From contig WGFS01000197.1 of assembly GCA_015492115.1 (NCBI GenBank), forward strand, positions 1-51,626: a stretch of DNA of 51,626 nucleotides, given 5' to 3'. This document shows, in pieces, positions 28,209 to 37,642 of the stretch (the first letter of the stretch is position 1; each line of letters starts with the position of its first letter). This stretch comes from Aquificaceae bacterium (GTDB lineage Bacteria > Aquificota > Aquificia > Aquificales > Aquificaceae). Made by a program: the position numbers and the translations under genes. The notes beneath the pieces were generated by a model. It did no database searches and was not told the origin of the DNA. It saw only the letters and a list, made by a program, of their open reading frames with translations.

Positions 28209-28481
28209 TTGTGGAGATTTCTTCTCAGGTTCAGGCTGATACTCTGGCTACTGCGCTTCGTTATCTTTCCCCTTCTGGTGTTTTCTCTGGCTGTCTTCGT
28301 ATTCGTACTCATAGGCGTGAGCCTCTATGCGCTCGTTATAGTGAAGACCTTAAAGGGGATTGAAGAGAATCCCTACCTTTATGTACCCCTGCTTCTTGTG
28401 GAGATATTCATAACAGTTTCAGGAGCTTATGCGCTTATGGTGTATATTAATAAAATCTGGAAACATAAAAAGTGGAGGTAG
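28209..28481 (+). CDS. Small membrane protein
   Basis: Two hydrophobic helices; fills the leuA-dsbC gap; TTG start. Confidence 0.6.
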   Translation: MWRFLLRFRLILWLLRFVIFPLLVFSLAVFVFVLIGVSLYALVIVKTLKGIEENPYLYVPLLLVEIFITVSGAYALMVYINKIWKHKKWR

Positions 28482-28484
28482 ATA

Positions 28485-29225
28485 ATGAAGAAAGCGATCC
28501 TTGCTATCATGGTGGGTTCTGCCCTTCTGTATTCCTGTAAAACCACGCAGGCAAAGACCTGCCCGGACAAGAGTTCGGTTAAAGCAAACCTCAGCAAGCT
28601 GGTAAACAGGGAGTTCAAGATAGTTGAACTGAAGCCAGCTGAGGGGTTTAAGGGACTGTGCGAGGTAGTCCTTAAGATAGGGTTAAAGCCCATCGTCCTT
28701 TATACCAACTCCGAGGGCAAAAACTACATAGTTGGGAACGCCTTCAACGTGGATACAAAGGAAAACCTGACCCAGAAGACGGTCAGCAAGTACATGACCG
28801 TTTCAAAAGAGGTTCTGAACAAGCTTGAAAAGCATGTAAACATGACCTACGGTAAAGGAGACAAGTTCGTTTACTACATAACAGACCCTGACTGCCCCTT
28901 CTGTAGAAGACTTACACCTGTCCTCAAGGAGTGGGCAAAGAAGAACCATGTTAAGGTAAAGGTGATACTGTATCCACTGCCTATACATCCCAACGCCAAG
29001 CCCAAGGCTGTCGCAATGGTATGCGATAAGAAGAGCTTTGAAGATATTCACAGGAACGTGAACACAAAGAACCAGTGTAAGAAAGGGAAGGAGGCTATAG
29101 AGGGAAATATGAAGCTGATGCAGGAGATCGGGGTATCCGGAACACCTACGGTGGTAGGTATGAATGGAAAGTACATAGTGGGACTTCCCAGGTCAGCGGA
29201 CGAACTAAACAGGCTTATAAAGTGA
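28485..29225 (+). CDS. dsbC: DsbC/DsbG-family thiol:disulfide isomerase, lipoprotein
   Basis: LYSC lipobox, TDPDCPFC, PLPIHP, GVSGTPT. Confidence 0.88.
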   Translation: MKKAILAIMVGSALLYSCKTTQAKTCPDKSSVKANLSKLVNREFKIVELKPAEGFKGLCEVVLKIGLKPIVLYTNSEGKNYIVGNAFNVDTKENLTQKTVSKYMTVSKEVLNKLEKHVNMTYGKGDKFVYYITDPDCPFCRRLTPVLKEWAKKNHVKVKVILYPLPIHPNAKPKAVAMVCDKKSFEDIHRNVNTKNQCKKGKEAIEGNMKLMQEIGVSGTPTVVGMNGKYIVGLPRSADELNRLIK

Positions 29226-29226
29226 G

Positions 29227-30522
29227 CTACTCCCTTCCCTTTACAACGAGCCTGAGGGGTGAATGCCTTATGTCCAGGGCTTCCCTCAGCCTCTTTATGA
29301 AGAACCTCCTGTAGCTCTCCTTCCACGCGTCGGGGTAGTTGGTTATAACCACGACAGTTGGAGGCTTTATATCCTCCTGAAAGGCATAGTAGACCTTAAC
29401 TTCCTTACCCCTGTGATGTATGGGCTTATCCCTGAGTATATCCTGCACCGCCCTGTTCACGAAGGAAGTCTTGTGCTGTTTTGTGTAGTCCTCGTAGACG
29501 AGCACAGCCTTCTCAAGGATATCTTCAACACCTCTTCCCTCTGTCGCAACGGTAAAAGCAACAGGGGCATAGTCCAGAAAGAAGAGATCCTTTCTTATGA
29601 GTTTTAAAACCTCCTCCTCTGACAGGGAACAGAGATCCATCTTGTTGGCAACTATCACGCAACCCTTGTTCCTCCTGTGTATTAGACCTCCGAGCCTCTT
29701 ATCCTGTCTCGTTATCCCCTCACTCGCATCTATCACGAGACATACTATGTCGGAACTGTCTATAGCCTTCAGTGAACGACCCACCGAGAAGAACTCAACC
29801 CCGTACTCAACGTTTGAAGGTCTCCTCACACCAGCTGTATCAACAAGTACAAACTCTCTCCCTTTCCACTTAAAGGGAACTTCAACAGTATCCCTTGTGG
29901 TTCCTGCGACCGGTGAGACTATAACCCTCTCCTCCCTAAGCAATGCGTTCAGTAAGGAAGACTTCCCCACGTTCGGTCTCCCCGCAAGGGTTATCCTTAT
30001 TCCCCTGTAGTTCAGCTCAACCCTCTCTTCTCTCAGCCTCTTAACGACCTCATCCAGGAGCTCCCCGACCCCTCTTCCGTGAACGGAGGACACGGGAAAG
30101 AGAAGCTCGTATCCGAGCCGGTAGAACTCTCCCACAGCCTCCTCATCCCTCTCCGTATCAACCTTGTTTACAACGAGAAGGACTTTGTCTCTGTACGGGT
30201 AGAGGAGACGGGCTATCTCCTCGTCAAGGGGTGTCACACCCTCCCTGACACTTACAACGAAGAGCACAACGTCAGACCTCTTTACCTCCCTCTCTATCGT
30301 CTCCTTTACCTTCTGAAGTATCTCATCGTGGGTCTGGGGAACCAGTCCCCCGGTGTCAACGAGTATGAACTCCTTCCCCGCCCAGTCAGTCTTCGCCTCT
30401 ATGATATCCCTCGTCACACCGGGCATGTCCTCAACTATAGCCTTCCTGCGCCCTATGATCCTGTTGAAGAGGGAAGACTTTCCGACGTTCGGTCTTCCTA
30501 ATATGACGACTCTGTTGTTCAT
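29227..30522 (-). CDS. der: Ribosome biogenesis GTPase Der (EngA)
   Basis: Two GRPNVGKSS domains, DTGG and DTAG. Confidence 0.97.
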   Translation of the reverse strand: MNNRVVILGRPNVGKSSLFNRIIGRRKAIVEDMPGVTRDIIEAKTDWAGKEFILVDTGGLVPQTHDEILQKVKETIEREVKRSDVVLFVVSVREGVTPLDEEIARLLYPYRDKVLLVVNKVDTERDEEAVGEFYRLGYELLFPVSSVHGRGVGELLDEVVKRLREERVELNYRGIRITLAGRPNVGKSSLLNALLREERVIVSPVAGTTRDTVEVPFKWKGREFVLVDTAGVRRPSNVEYGVEFFSVGRSLKAIDSSDIVCLVIDASEGITRQDKRLGGLIHRRNKGCVIVANKMDLCSLSEEEVLKLIRKDLFFLDYAPVAFTVATEGRGVEDILEKAVLVYEDYTKQHKTSFVNRAVQDILRDKPIHHRGKEVKVYYAFQEDIKPPTVVVITNYPDAWKESYRRFFIKRLREALDIRHSPLRLVVKGRE

Positions 30523-30546
30523 GGAGGTCTAATATGTTAACACCTG

Positions 30547-31605
30547 CTACTCACTTTCACCTATCTTGAAGGTCTTTATGAGCTTTCTCTGCTCTTCAAG
30601 TATGAACCTGTCTATAACCTTTTCCTCCTGACGGGACACCTTCAGGAACTTAACACCCATGCAGACCTGGGTCTGGGTAGTACGCACGTTCATTATCTGA
30701 CCGAGCATGTTCTCAAAGTTGTAGTCCGCTATTGAGAAGTTCATGATGACGTACTTGCCCTCTGTGGGGTGTATCAGGGCATCGGTGCATACCCTAACAC
30801 CTTTCGTGCTTATATCCTCTATCCTTCCTGCGATGAACTCCACTCTCTCCATAGCCTCCTCGGTTATATCGTCAATTATTGCAAACTCAACCGGTATGCT
30901 GACCTTCCACCTGAGGCTCTCCCTCAGCTGTACCCTGTGTATGTTGTCCGTGTGTTCAAGGACGAGAACGAGCCTGTCCCCTTCCGTGTACTTGTCCTTA
31001 ACTATGCTCTCAAAGCTGTACCTGCCTTCGTTCTCCCTTATAAAATGGAACTTCACGCTCTCCCCTATCCTTATGGGTCTTGGGAGCGCTTCAAGGATAA
31101 CTATATGCAGTTCGGTCTCCGTCTTGTCCCAGACAGCAGCGTCCACGTACACCCCGTCCACAACCAGCTTGCCTGTCTGGTACAGATCTATGTCCCTCGT
31201 GCTGGTTATGGGGATGAACCAGGGTATGGTATCAAAGCGGAGCTTTGCCCTTATGGAGGGTATGAGACGGACACCACCTATGTTCTCATGGATTATCCTT
31301 GAAACGACCCTCTCAAAGAGAGGCTTGTTCTCGTAAACCATCTGAGGGTCATAGGGGAACTTCTTTGCATAGTTCCAGAGCAATCCTATCTCCTCGTCTG
31401 TCAAGCCAAGGGACCTCCCCCTCAGGAAGAAGGCCTTTTCCACTTCCCTCGCGTGGGAGATCTTCCCCCACAGGTAGGGGATGGCGATCACAGTAAGGGT
31501 TAGACCGAGAACTATGAAGAAGAGGACGATCTCTCTAACAGAAGGTCCTTGGAACATATAGCGAGAAGCTTCAATTAGAGTATCCCACGCAGACTGGGCT
31601 TCCAT
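30547..31605 (-). CDS. Membrane-anchored YcgR-like PilZ (c-di-GMP-binding) protein
   Basis: N-terminal TM; QLRESLR (RxxxR) and DISTKG (DxSxxG). Confidence 0.85.
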   Translation of the reverse strand: MEAQSAWDTLIEASRYMFQGPSVREIVLFFIVLGLTLTVIAIPYLWGKISHAREVEKAFFLRGRSLGLTDEEIGLLWNYAKKFPYDPQMVYENKPLFERVVSRIIHENIGGVRLIPSIRAKLRFDTIPWFIPITSTRDIDLYQTGKLVVDGVYVDAAVWDKTETELHIVILEALPRPIRIGESVKFHFIRENEGRYSFESIVKDKYTEGDRLVLVLEHTDNIHRVQLRESLRWKVSIPVEFAIIDDITEEAMERVEFIAGRIEDISTKGVRVCTDALIHPTEGKYVIMNFSIADYNFENMLGQIMNVRTTQTQVCMGVKFLKVSRQEEKVIDRFILEEQRKLIKTFKIGESE

Positions 31606-31653
31606 AGCTATATATTAATATCCTCCCCAAGAAAAAAATTTTGAGCGTCTATC

Positions 31654-31980
31654 TCATATATGAGCCATAACCATCTGTTTGAGAGCGTCCTTAGGTTGAA
31701 CTCCTATCCTTGTATCAACAACCTCCCCGTTTTTGAAGAGTATCACTGTCGGTATCGCCCTTATTCCGTACTGCATGGCTATGTTGGGGTTCTCATCGGT
31801 GTTCAGCTTGCCTACCTTTATCTGCCCCTCAAATTCCTGCGCGAGCTCCTCTATTATTGGAGCTATTATCCTGCAGGGTCCGCACCAGGGTGCCCAGAAG
31901 TCAACAAGGACAGGTTTATCGGAGTTAACGACCTCTTCGTTCCAGTTACCTTCGGTTAAGGTGAGCACGCTTCCTGCCAT
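31654..31980 (-). CDS. trxA: Thioredoxin
   Basis: [10 protein letters not shown]; start MAGSV at 31980 after AGGAGG. Confidence 0.97.
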   Translation of the reverse strand: MAGSVLTLTEGNWNEEVVNSDKPVLVDFWAPWCGPCRIIAPIIEELAQEFEGQIKVGKLNTDENPNIAMQYGIRAIPTVILFKNGEVVDTRIGVQPKDALKQMVMAHI

Positions 31981-32273
31981 TACAACTCCTCCTTGATGAG
32001 CATGTCGTAAAGTTTGAGTATTCTGTCGTCCTTTATATAGTAGCAGATTATAGAGCCTTCCCTTTTCCACCCCACTATACCCCTGCTCCTCAGTATGGAA
32101 AGGTGCTGTGAAACGCTTGGCTGTGACATATTGAGCACCTCCCCGAGGTTCTTGACGCACTGCTTCCCCTCAATCAGGATAGATATGATCTTGAGTCTTA
32201 CGGGGTGGGAAAGAGCTTTAAAGAACTCCGCCAGCTCCTCCAACTTTTCCTCATTGGTCACAGTTGTATTCAT
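31980..32273 (-). CDS. ArsR/SmtB family transcriptional regulator
   Basis: [25 protein letters not shown]; two Cys; coupled to trxA. Confidence 0.93.
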   Translation of the reverse strand: MNTTVTNEEKLEELAEFFKALSHPVRLKIISILIEGKQCVKNLGEVLNMSQPSVSQHLSILRSRGIVGWKREGSIICYYIKDDRILKLYDMLIKEEL

Positions 32274-32322
32274 CCTCTCGCCCTCTTGAGAAATTTTAAC
32301 ATAATTAGAATATAAGCAAGTA

Positions 32323-34212
32323 TTAAATCTTTCTCAACACTCTGTAAGCCTCTCTCAGTTCTCTCTCTGTAACCTTGTAGGGTGAGAATCTGTGCCTCTC
32401 GTAAAGATTTACTATGAAGGCAACCTCTCTGCTGTAAGGTTTTCCCCTCGTTTGCCTTAGGATCTCTTCGGGTAGCATCTCTCTGAAGGAGACCCCTTCT
32501 CTCCTGCTCAACCTTTCCTTCATGAGCCTGTACAGGTTTTCGGGCGTTTTTCTAAGCCTTTTCAGGTAAAGCATTAAAGCGGTGTAGATCAGGATAGATA
32601 AGAGGAGGACGTAGGTTATCGGGCGAAGTGCACCCTTTAAGTCTGACGATGACAGGCTTTTTATATCCTTGAAAAGGTTCCTGAATAGAGATACCTGCTT
32701 CTGGGCGGAGAAGTCTATAACATTCTCGTACCAGAAGGAGACAATAGCATCACGCAGGAGCTGGAACTTGGATATGTGCCTGAGAGCAGGAGATATATAG
32801 GGAGGGGTGGTATCTACCCTCACCCATCTCCCCTTAAGGTAAGCCTCCACCCACACATGAGCCATGGAATTTGTGACAAGGTAGTAGCCCCCATACTCGT
32901 TCTTTATAAAACCCTTAAAACCACCGACGATCCGGGCTGGGATACCCATCAGCCTGAGGAGTAGAGCTGTTGATGAGGCAAAGAACTCACAGTTTCCTCT
33001 CTTTGACCTGAAGAGGAAGTGTTCAAGGGGGTCTCCCTCTGGTTTGCCTATCTCCAGAGAGTAAGAGAAGCCGTTCCTGAAGAAGGAGACCACAGCCTTT
33101 AACTTCTCCTCCGGACTCTTCCTGCCACGGGAGAGTTTCTCAGAAAGTCTCTTTATGGAGAGGGGGACATCGGCTGGAACATCAAGGTAAAGGGAACCGG
33201 GTTCGTCGGATGGTCGGGAGTCAGTGGATAGGGCTACGTATCTGACAGGTCTGTTTATCGGCTCTGTGCTCTCGTAGTAGCCACCCTTACGACGGGTGAA
33301 GTTTGTCCTGATCCCCTCAAGTCTCCGTATCCTTACGGGATAGTCTAAAAGAGGCAGGAATGTATCGTAGGTAGGCTCAAGTATGATGGTGTATCTGTAC
33401 ACCTTTCCCCACCCGTGCGTTCCTGGACTTCTCTCCTTGCCCTTAACCGTCCTTATCCACTTGGTGTTCACGAGGGTGTCAAATACAGAGACACGCCAGT
33501 AGGGGTTTTCTGGAATCTCTCCATAAACCCGGAAAACAACCGTGTTGTCCTGCTGGATCTTCCCTACCTTTCCCAGCTCAACCTCGTTGGATATACCGCT
33601 CACGAGTCCTTCCTCTCTCTTAGCGAAGAGGTCAAACAGGGGTGCCTGTGTTCTGGGGAGTATCAGGAAAAAAGGAACGGTAGCGATAGCTATCACGATG
33701 GGGAAGGCTAAGGAGAACCTGAGGTAACGCGACAGGAATCCAGCCGGCAGGGGTCTATCGCCGAGATTGGAGTATGCGTTGGTGAATATAAAGGCGACGC
33801 TTCCGAGGAAGAGCTCGTATATAAAGAAGAGAAGGAAGCTCAGGTCAAGCCTGAATGTTGTGGATACCGCTATCCCGAAGAGACTAAGGAGGAGGATCTG
33901 ATATATGTCCCTCGGCTTCTTATCTTCCAGAGACTTTATCGCAAGGAGGAGAAGAAGCATATTCGCGAAGGGCTTAACCGCATTCTCAAGGCTGAGCCCG
34001 AGGAGGAACAGCAGGGCGGTTACTATGCCTCCCGCGTTCAGTATCCACCTTGGCAAGTAAACTCTGAACTTCCACTCGTTTAAAGCTCCGAGGGAGAATA
34101 TGAAGAACAGAGGGTAAAAGTAAATGCTGTCCGCTATGTCGTAGAGGGCAAGAAAAGCTCCAAAGGCTACGAGGTAACTCAGTACTAGGCTTGCCTTCTT
34201 GGCTGAGACCAT
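32323..34212 (-). CDS. TgpA-like membrane transglutaminase-domain protein
   Basis: Multi-TM N-terminus, GNCEFFAS, AHVWVE, VDTTP catalytic triad. Confidence 0.9.
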   Translation of the reverse strand: MVSAKKASLVLSYLVAFGAFLALYDIADSIYFYPLFFIFSLGALNEWKFRVYLPRWILNAGGIVTALLFLLGLSLENAVKPFANMLLLLLAIKSLEDKKPRDIYQILLLSLFGIAVSTTFRLDLSFLLFFIYELFLGSVAFIFTNAYSNLGDRPLPAGFLSRYLRFSLAFPIVIAIATVPFFLILPRTQAPLFDLFAKREEGLVSGISNEVELGKVGKIQQDNTVVFRVYGEIPENPYWRVSVFDTLVNTKWIRTVKGKERSPGTHGWGKVYRYTIILEPTYDTFLPLLDYPVRIRRLEGIRTNFTRRKGGYYESTEPINRPVRYVALSTDSRPSDEPGSLYLDVPADVPLSIKRLSEKLSRGRKSPEEKLKAVVSFFRNGFSYSLEIGKPEGDPLEHFLFRSKRGNCEFFASSTALLLRLMGIPARIVGGFKGFIKNEYGGYYLVTNSMAHVWVEAYLKGRWVRVDTTPPYISPALRHISKFQLLRDAIVSFWYENVIDFSAQKQVSLFRNLFKDIKSLSSSDLKGALRPITYVLLLSILIYTALMLYLKRLRKTPENLYRLMKERLSRREGVSFREMLPEEILRQTRGKPYSREVAFIVNLYERHRFSPYKVTERELREAYRVLRKI

Positions 34213-34229
34213 ATCAATACTTTAAGGAC

Positions 34230-34436
34230 TCAGTTGTGCTGTGTTCCCTCCTTCTCAAGTTCCTTTATAAGCTTCATGGTCTGATCAAACTTGTAAAGAG
34301 AAGAGGCTACGTCTTTCAGGTGCCTTGCAGCCTCCATGTAGGCTTCCTTCAGGCGTGGGTCAGCAGTCCTCTCTGCTTTCTCCAGTAAGTTTCTGTGAAA
34401 GAGGAGTAAGCCATTCCTGAGTTCATTAAAATCCAT
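34230..34436 (-). CDS. Small helical hypothetical protein
   Basis: GGAGG RBS, typical codon usage; overlaps the upstream gene by 88 nt. Confidence 0.6.
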   Translation of the reverse strand: MDFNELRNGLLLFHRNLLEKAERTADPRLKEAYMEAARHLKDVASSLYKFDQTMKLIKELEKEGTQHN

Positions 34437-35260
34437 CTCTTTCCTCCGAGTTCCCTGAGCTTTTTAACCACCCTTGATATTACCCTCCTGAGGAAGCCCT
34501 TTCCATGACCTGAAACAAGGGTGAAGCTTATCTTCAGCACAAAGTACTTCTTACCTCTGTTTATCTCCTTTATAAGTGTCTCTATATCCTTCTTTAGCTT
34601 CTCGGTGTTAACGCTGTAGTAGGTGCTTCCAAGCCTGCTCACCTTCTCCAAAGCCCTTTCCAGCAACTCCACGTTGAACTCTTTTCTTTCGTTCAGCTGT
34701 AAATAAAACTCGGAGAGTTCCCTGACGGACTCAAAAAACAGAGCATCCCTTGGGAACCTCAGGGATTGCATGCTAGCATAGTGAGCACACTCGCTGTAAA
34801 GCTCTTCGTTGAATATGAGGGCTGAAAGATAAACAACCTCAGCGGGAGTGTTCCTCTTTGAGTAGCTTGATATCTTGCTGAGGACAGTCCAGTAACGGAG
34901 AAACTTTGAGTAAACCTCGTAGAAGATGTCCCTGTATTCGGGCAGGAAGCTAACGGTCAGACCTTCTGGAGAAGAGAATCTGAGGATGTCCTTACCGTAA
35001 AAGACGTCCCCCTTTGGAGTCATGAACTGAAAGAGGTCAAGCTCAAGGAGTATGTCCTGCCACTTCCCCCTGAAGGTGTGAAAGGTCTTGTTCGCACAGG
35101 ATATGAGCTTCTGGAGATCTATCTCAAAGCTGTTCTCCTTCCTGACGAGCTGACAGTAGCATATTGGGTAGAGGAGAACCTCCTTCTTTGTCGGGTCTTC
35201 TATGATCTCAAGAAATATGCTCTCTAACCTCCCTATCTCCTGCCAGGTATCCTTGAGCAT
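34349..35260 (-). CDS. Hypothetical protein
   Basis: 303-aa ORF with a -10 box (TAAATT) 6 nt before the ATG. Confidence 0.7.
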   Translation of the reverse strand: MLKDTWQEIGRLESIFLEIIEDPTKKEVLLYPICYCQLVRKENSFEIDLQKLISCANKTFHTFRGKWQDILLELDLFQFMTPKGDVFYGKDILRFSSPEGLTVSFLPEYRDIFYEVYSKFLRYWTVLSKISSYSKRNTPAEVVYLSALIFNEELYSECAHYASMQSLRFPRDALFFESVRELSEFYLQLNERKEFNVELLERALEKVSRLGSTYYSVNTEKLKKDIETLIKEINRGKKYFVLKISFTLVSGHGKGFLRRVISRVVKKLRELGGKRWILMNSGMAYSSFTETYWRKQRGLLTHA

Positions 35261-35346
35261 AGGAATAATTTAAAGTGGTGTGATCTCTCTTGCAACAAAA
35301 GGATGTTAATTTGTATATATTTAAAACGTAAAGGAGGTAAAGCGGA

Positions 35347-35559
35347 ATGTATCCCATGGAGAAAGAGGTGAACATTCAGGACGAGCTTTTAAACAACTTC
35401 AAAGCCAAGGAGGCTACCGTAACCATATACCTGACCCGTGGTAACAGGATAACGGGCAAGATCCTTGATCACGATAAGTACACGATACTTATTGACGTTG
35501 ACGGGCAACCCAATCTTATATACAAGCACGCTGTCAGCACCATAGTGGAGGGTAAATGA
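35347..35559 (+). CDS. hfq: RNA chaperone Hfq (divergent)
   Basis: NIQD, VTIYL..G..ITGKI...DKYTIL, LIYKHAVSTI; upstream of hflX. Confidence 0.9.
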   Translation: MYPMEKEVNIQDELLNNFKAKEATVTIYLTRGNRITGKILDHDKYTILIDVDGQPNLIYKHAVSTIVEGK

Positions 35560-36683
35560 AGGCTGTCCTCGTAGGTATATGGAATAGAGATATACCTAAG
35601 GAGGAGGCTAAGGAATCCCTCAGGGAGCTGAAAGGTCTCGTAGAAGCCCTTGGGGGTGTGAGTCTCGGGTACATTCTTCAGAACAGGAACAAGCCAGACA
35701 CGAGGTACTTTATAGGGGCGGGTAAGGCTGAGGAGCTGAGAGAGGTGCTCAGAGGCACAGGTGCGGACGCCGTGGTTTTTGACGACTTCCTCACACCCTC
35801 CCAGGTCAAGAACCTTGAAAAGCTTGTGGGGAAGACCGTCTTAGACAGGACTGACCTGGTTATAGAGATATTCTCACGCAGGGCTAAGAGTAAAGAAGCA
35901 AAGCTTCAGGTTGAACTCGCCAGGCTCACCCACGAACTGCCGAGACTTTATGGAAAGGGGAAAGCAATGTCAAGGCTCGGGGGTGGAGTCGGGACGAGGG
36001 GTCCCGGTGAACAGGAGACAGAGATAAGACGCAGGCTGATAAAGAAGAGGATACATCAGATCAGGGAGGAGCTTGAGGAAGTTAGAAAGATGAGGAAACA
36101 CCAGAGGAAGAGGCGGGAGAGGGAATCGGGCGAGACCCTGTTGAAGGTGGCGCTCGTGGGCTACACCAACGCGGGCAAATCCACACTCCTGAAGGCACTC
36201 ACAGGTAGAGAGACCTTTACAGCGGACATGCTCTTCGCTACCCTTGATACCAAGACCTCAGCGAGAGTCGTCTCTCCGGACATGAAGATCCTCTTCACCG
36301 ACACCGTCGGTTTTATAAAGAAGCTTCCTCCCGAACTCATAGAGTCCTTCAAGGCTACGCTGGAAGAGGTGACGGAGGCTGACATAATACTCCATGTGGT
36401 TGACATATCCGATGACAGGTGGCTGGACTACATACACACGGTCAGGGACATACTCAAGGAGCTCTCCGCAGATGAGAAGCCCGTGATATACGTCCTAAAT
36501 AAGGCGGACAAGATCGTGGACAGCGAGGAAGAGATGAGACACCTGCCCCACGGAGCTTTCGTAGAGGGAAGGGCTGTTGTTGTATCTTCTGAGAAGAGAT
36601 GGGGGCTTGAAGACCTCATTGGGGAGATCCAGTCCCTCGGAGAGAAAGTCCTGGGCATTACCGCTACAGGCGGTCATATATAG
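35556..36683 (+). CDS. hflX: GTPase HflX
   Basis: GTRGPGE, GYTNAGKST, FATLD, DTVGFI. Confidence 0.97.
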   Translation: MKAVLVGIWNRDIPKEEAKESLRELKGLVEALGGVSLGYILQNRNKPDTRYFIGAGKAEELREVLRGTGADAVVFDDFLTPSQVKNLEKLVGKTVLDRTDLVIEIFSRRAKSKEAKLQVELARLTHELPRLYGKGKAMSRLGGGVGTRGPGEQETEIRRRLIKKRIHQIREELEEVRKMRKHQRKRRERESGETLLKVALVGYTNAGKSTLLKALTGRETFTADMLFATLDTKTSARVVSPDMKILFTDTVGFIKKLPPELIESFKATLEEVTEADIILHVVDISDDRWLDYIHTVRDILKELSADEKPVIYVLNKADKIVDSEEEMRHLPHGAFVEGRAVVVSSEKRWGLEDLIGEIQSLGEKVLGITATGGHI

Positions 36684-36772
36684 GTTGAAAACGGGAAAAA
36701 AGATCCCGGAGTTGTCCTGAGCCTCCGCTGACCTAAATTTCTTAACGACCTGTAGCATTATAATACTCATGA

Positions 36773-37642
36773 ATGAAGACCTTACACATACTTGATGCGT
36801 CCTCCTTCATATACAGGAGCTTCTTCGCACTTCCACCTCTCAAGACCAAAGAAGGCTTCCCCACCGGAGCCATATACGGATTCTTAAGAGCCTTACTCTC
36901 CATAATGAAGTCTGAGAGACCCGAATACCTCGTTGTGGTCTTTGACCATCCAGCTCCAACCAAGAGGGATGAGGTTTACAGGGAATACAAGGCTGGAAGA
37001 CCCACGATGCCAGATCCCCTGAGGGTTCAAATACCTGTAATAAAAGAACTCCTGAAACTCATGGGAATACCTACCCTTGAAGTTGAGGGGTACGAGGCGG
37101 ACGACCTTATAGCTGTTCTGGCTGGAAGATTCTCTGAGAAGGGCTTTAAGGTGAAGATATACACCCCGGACAAGGATATGCTTCAGCTTGTTGATGGTAA
37201 TGTGGTTGTCATCAACCCTATGAACTGGGAGATATTTAACAGGGAAAAGGTGGAGGAGAAGTTCGGAGTACCACCGGAGAAGGTGGCGGACTATCTCGCC
37301 CTCGTTGGGGACAAGATAGATAACATTCCAGGGGTTAAGGGGGTTGGACCAAAGACTGCGGTCAAACTGATAGAACGGTTTGGGGGTGTGGAGGGTATTC
37401 TAAGCAGATGGGAAGAGTTCAAGAAGCTCTACCCTGACGCTGACAGAGAGGAGCTTGAGCTCTCCTACTATCTGGTCAAGCCTATGATGGATGCGGGTCT
37501 GGATATTGGTGAAGAGGATCTTAAGCTTAGAGAACCTGACATCAAGGCTCTCAAAAAGCGCTTTGAGGAGCTGGAAATGAAGAGCATCCTGAGGGATATA
37601 GATAAAGTTCTCAAGACCAGGTCGCAGGGGAGCCTCTTCTAA
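36773..37642 (+). CDS. Stand-alone 5'-3' exonuclease/flap endonuclease (PolA N-domain homolog)
   Basis: YRSFFA, YKAGR, EADD, DKDMLQ, GDKIDNIPGVKGVGPKTA; ends QGSLF. Confidence 0.93.
   Translation: MKTLHILDASSFIYRSFFALPPLKTKEGFPTGAIYGFLRALLSIMKSERPEYLVVVFDHPAPTKRDEVYREYKAGRPTMPDPLRVQIPVIKELLKLMGIPTLEVEGYEADDLIAVLAGRFSEKGFKVKIYTPDKDMLQLVDGNVVVINPMNWEIFNREKVEEKFGVPPEKVADYLALVGDKIDNIPGVKGVGPKTAVKLIERFGGVEGILSRWEEFKKLYPDADREELELSYYLVKPMMDAGLDIGEEDLKLREPDIKALKKRFEELEMKSILRDIDKVLKTRSQGSLF

Noticed and set aside
31981-32160. Long N-terminal extension on thioredoxin in the ORF track
   Set aside because: Overlaps the ArsR gene in another frame; the RBS supports the start at 31980
36684-36760. Short stems between hflX and the 5' nuclease (CGGGA/TCCCG, CGGAG/CTCCG) as a possible sRNA
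   Set aside because: Only 5-bp stems and no recognisable RNA family; compatible with chance or a weak terminator
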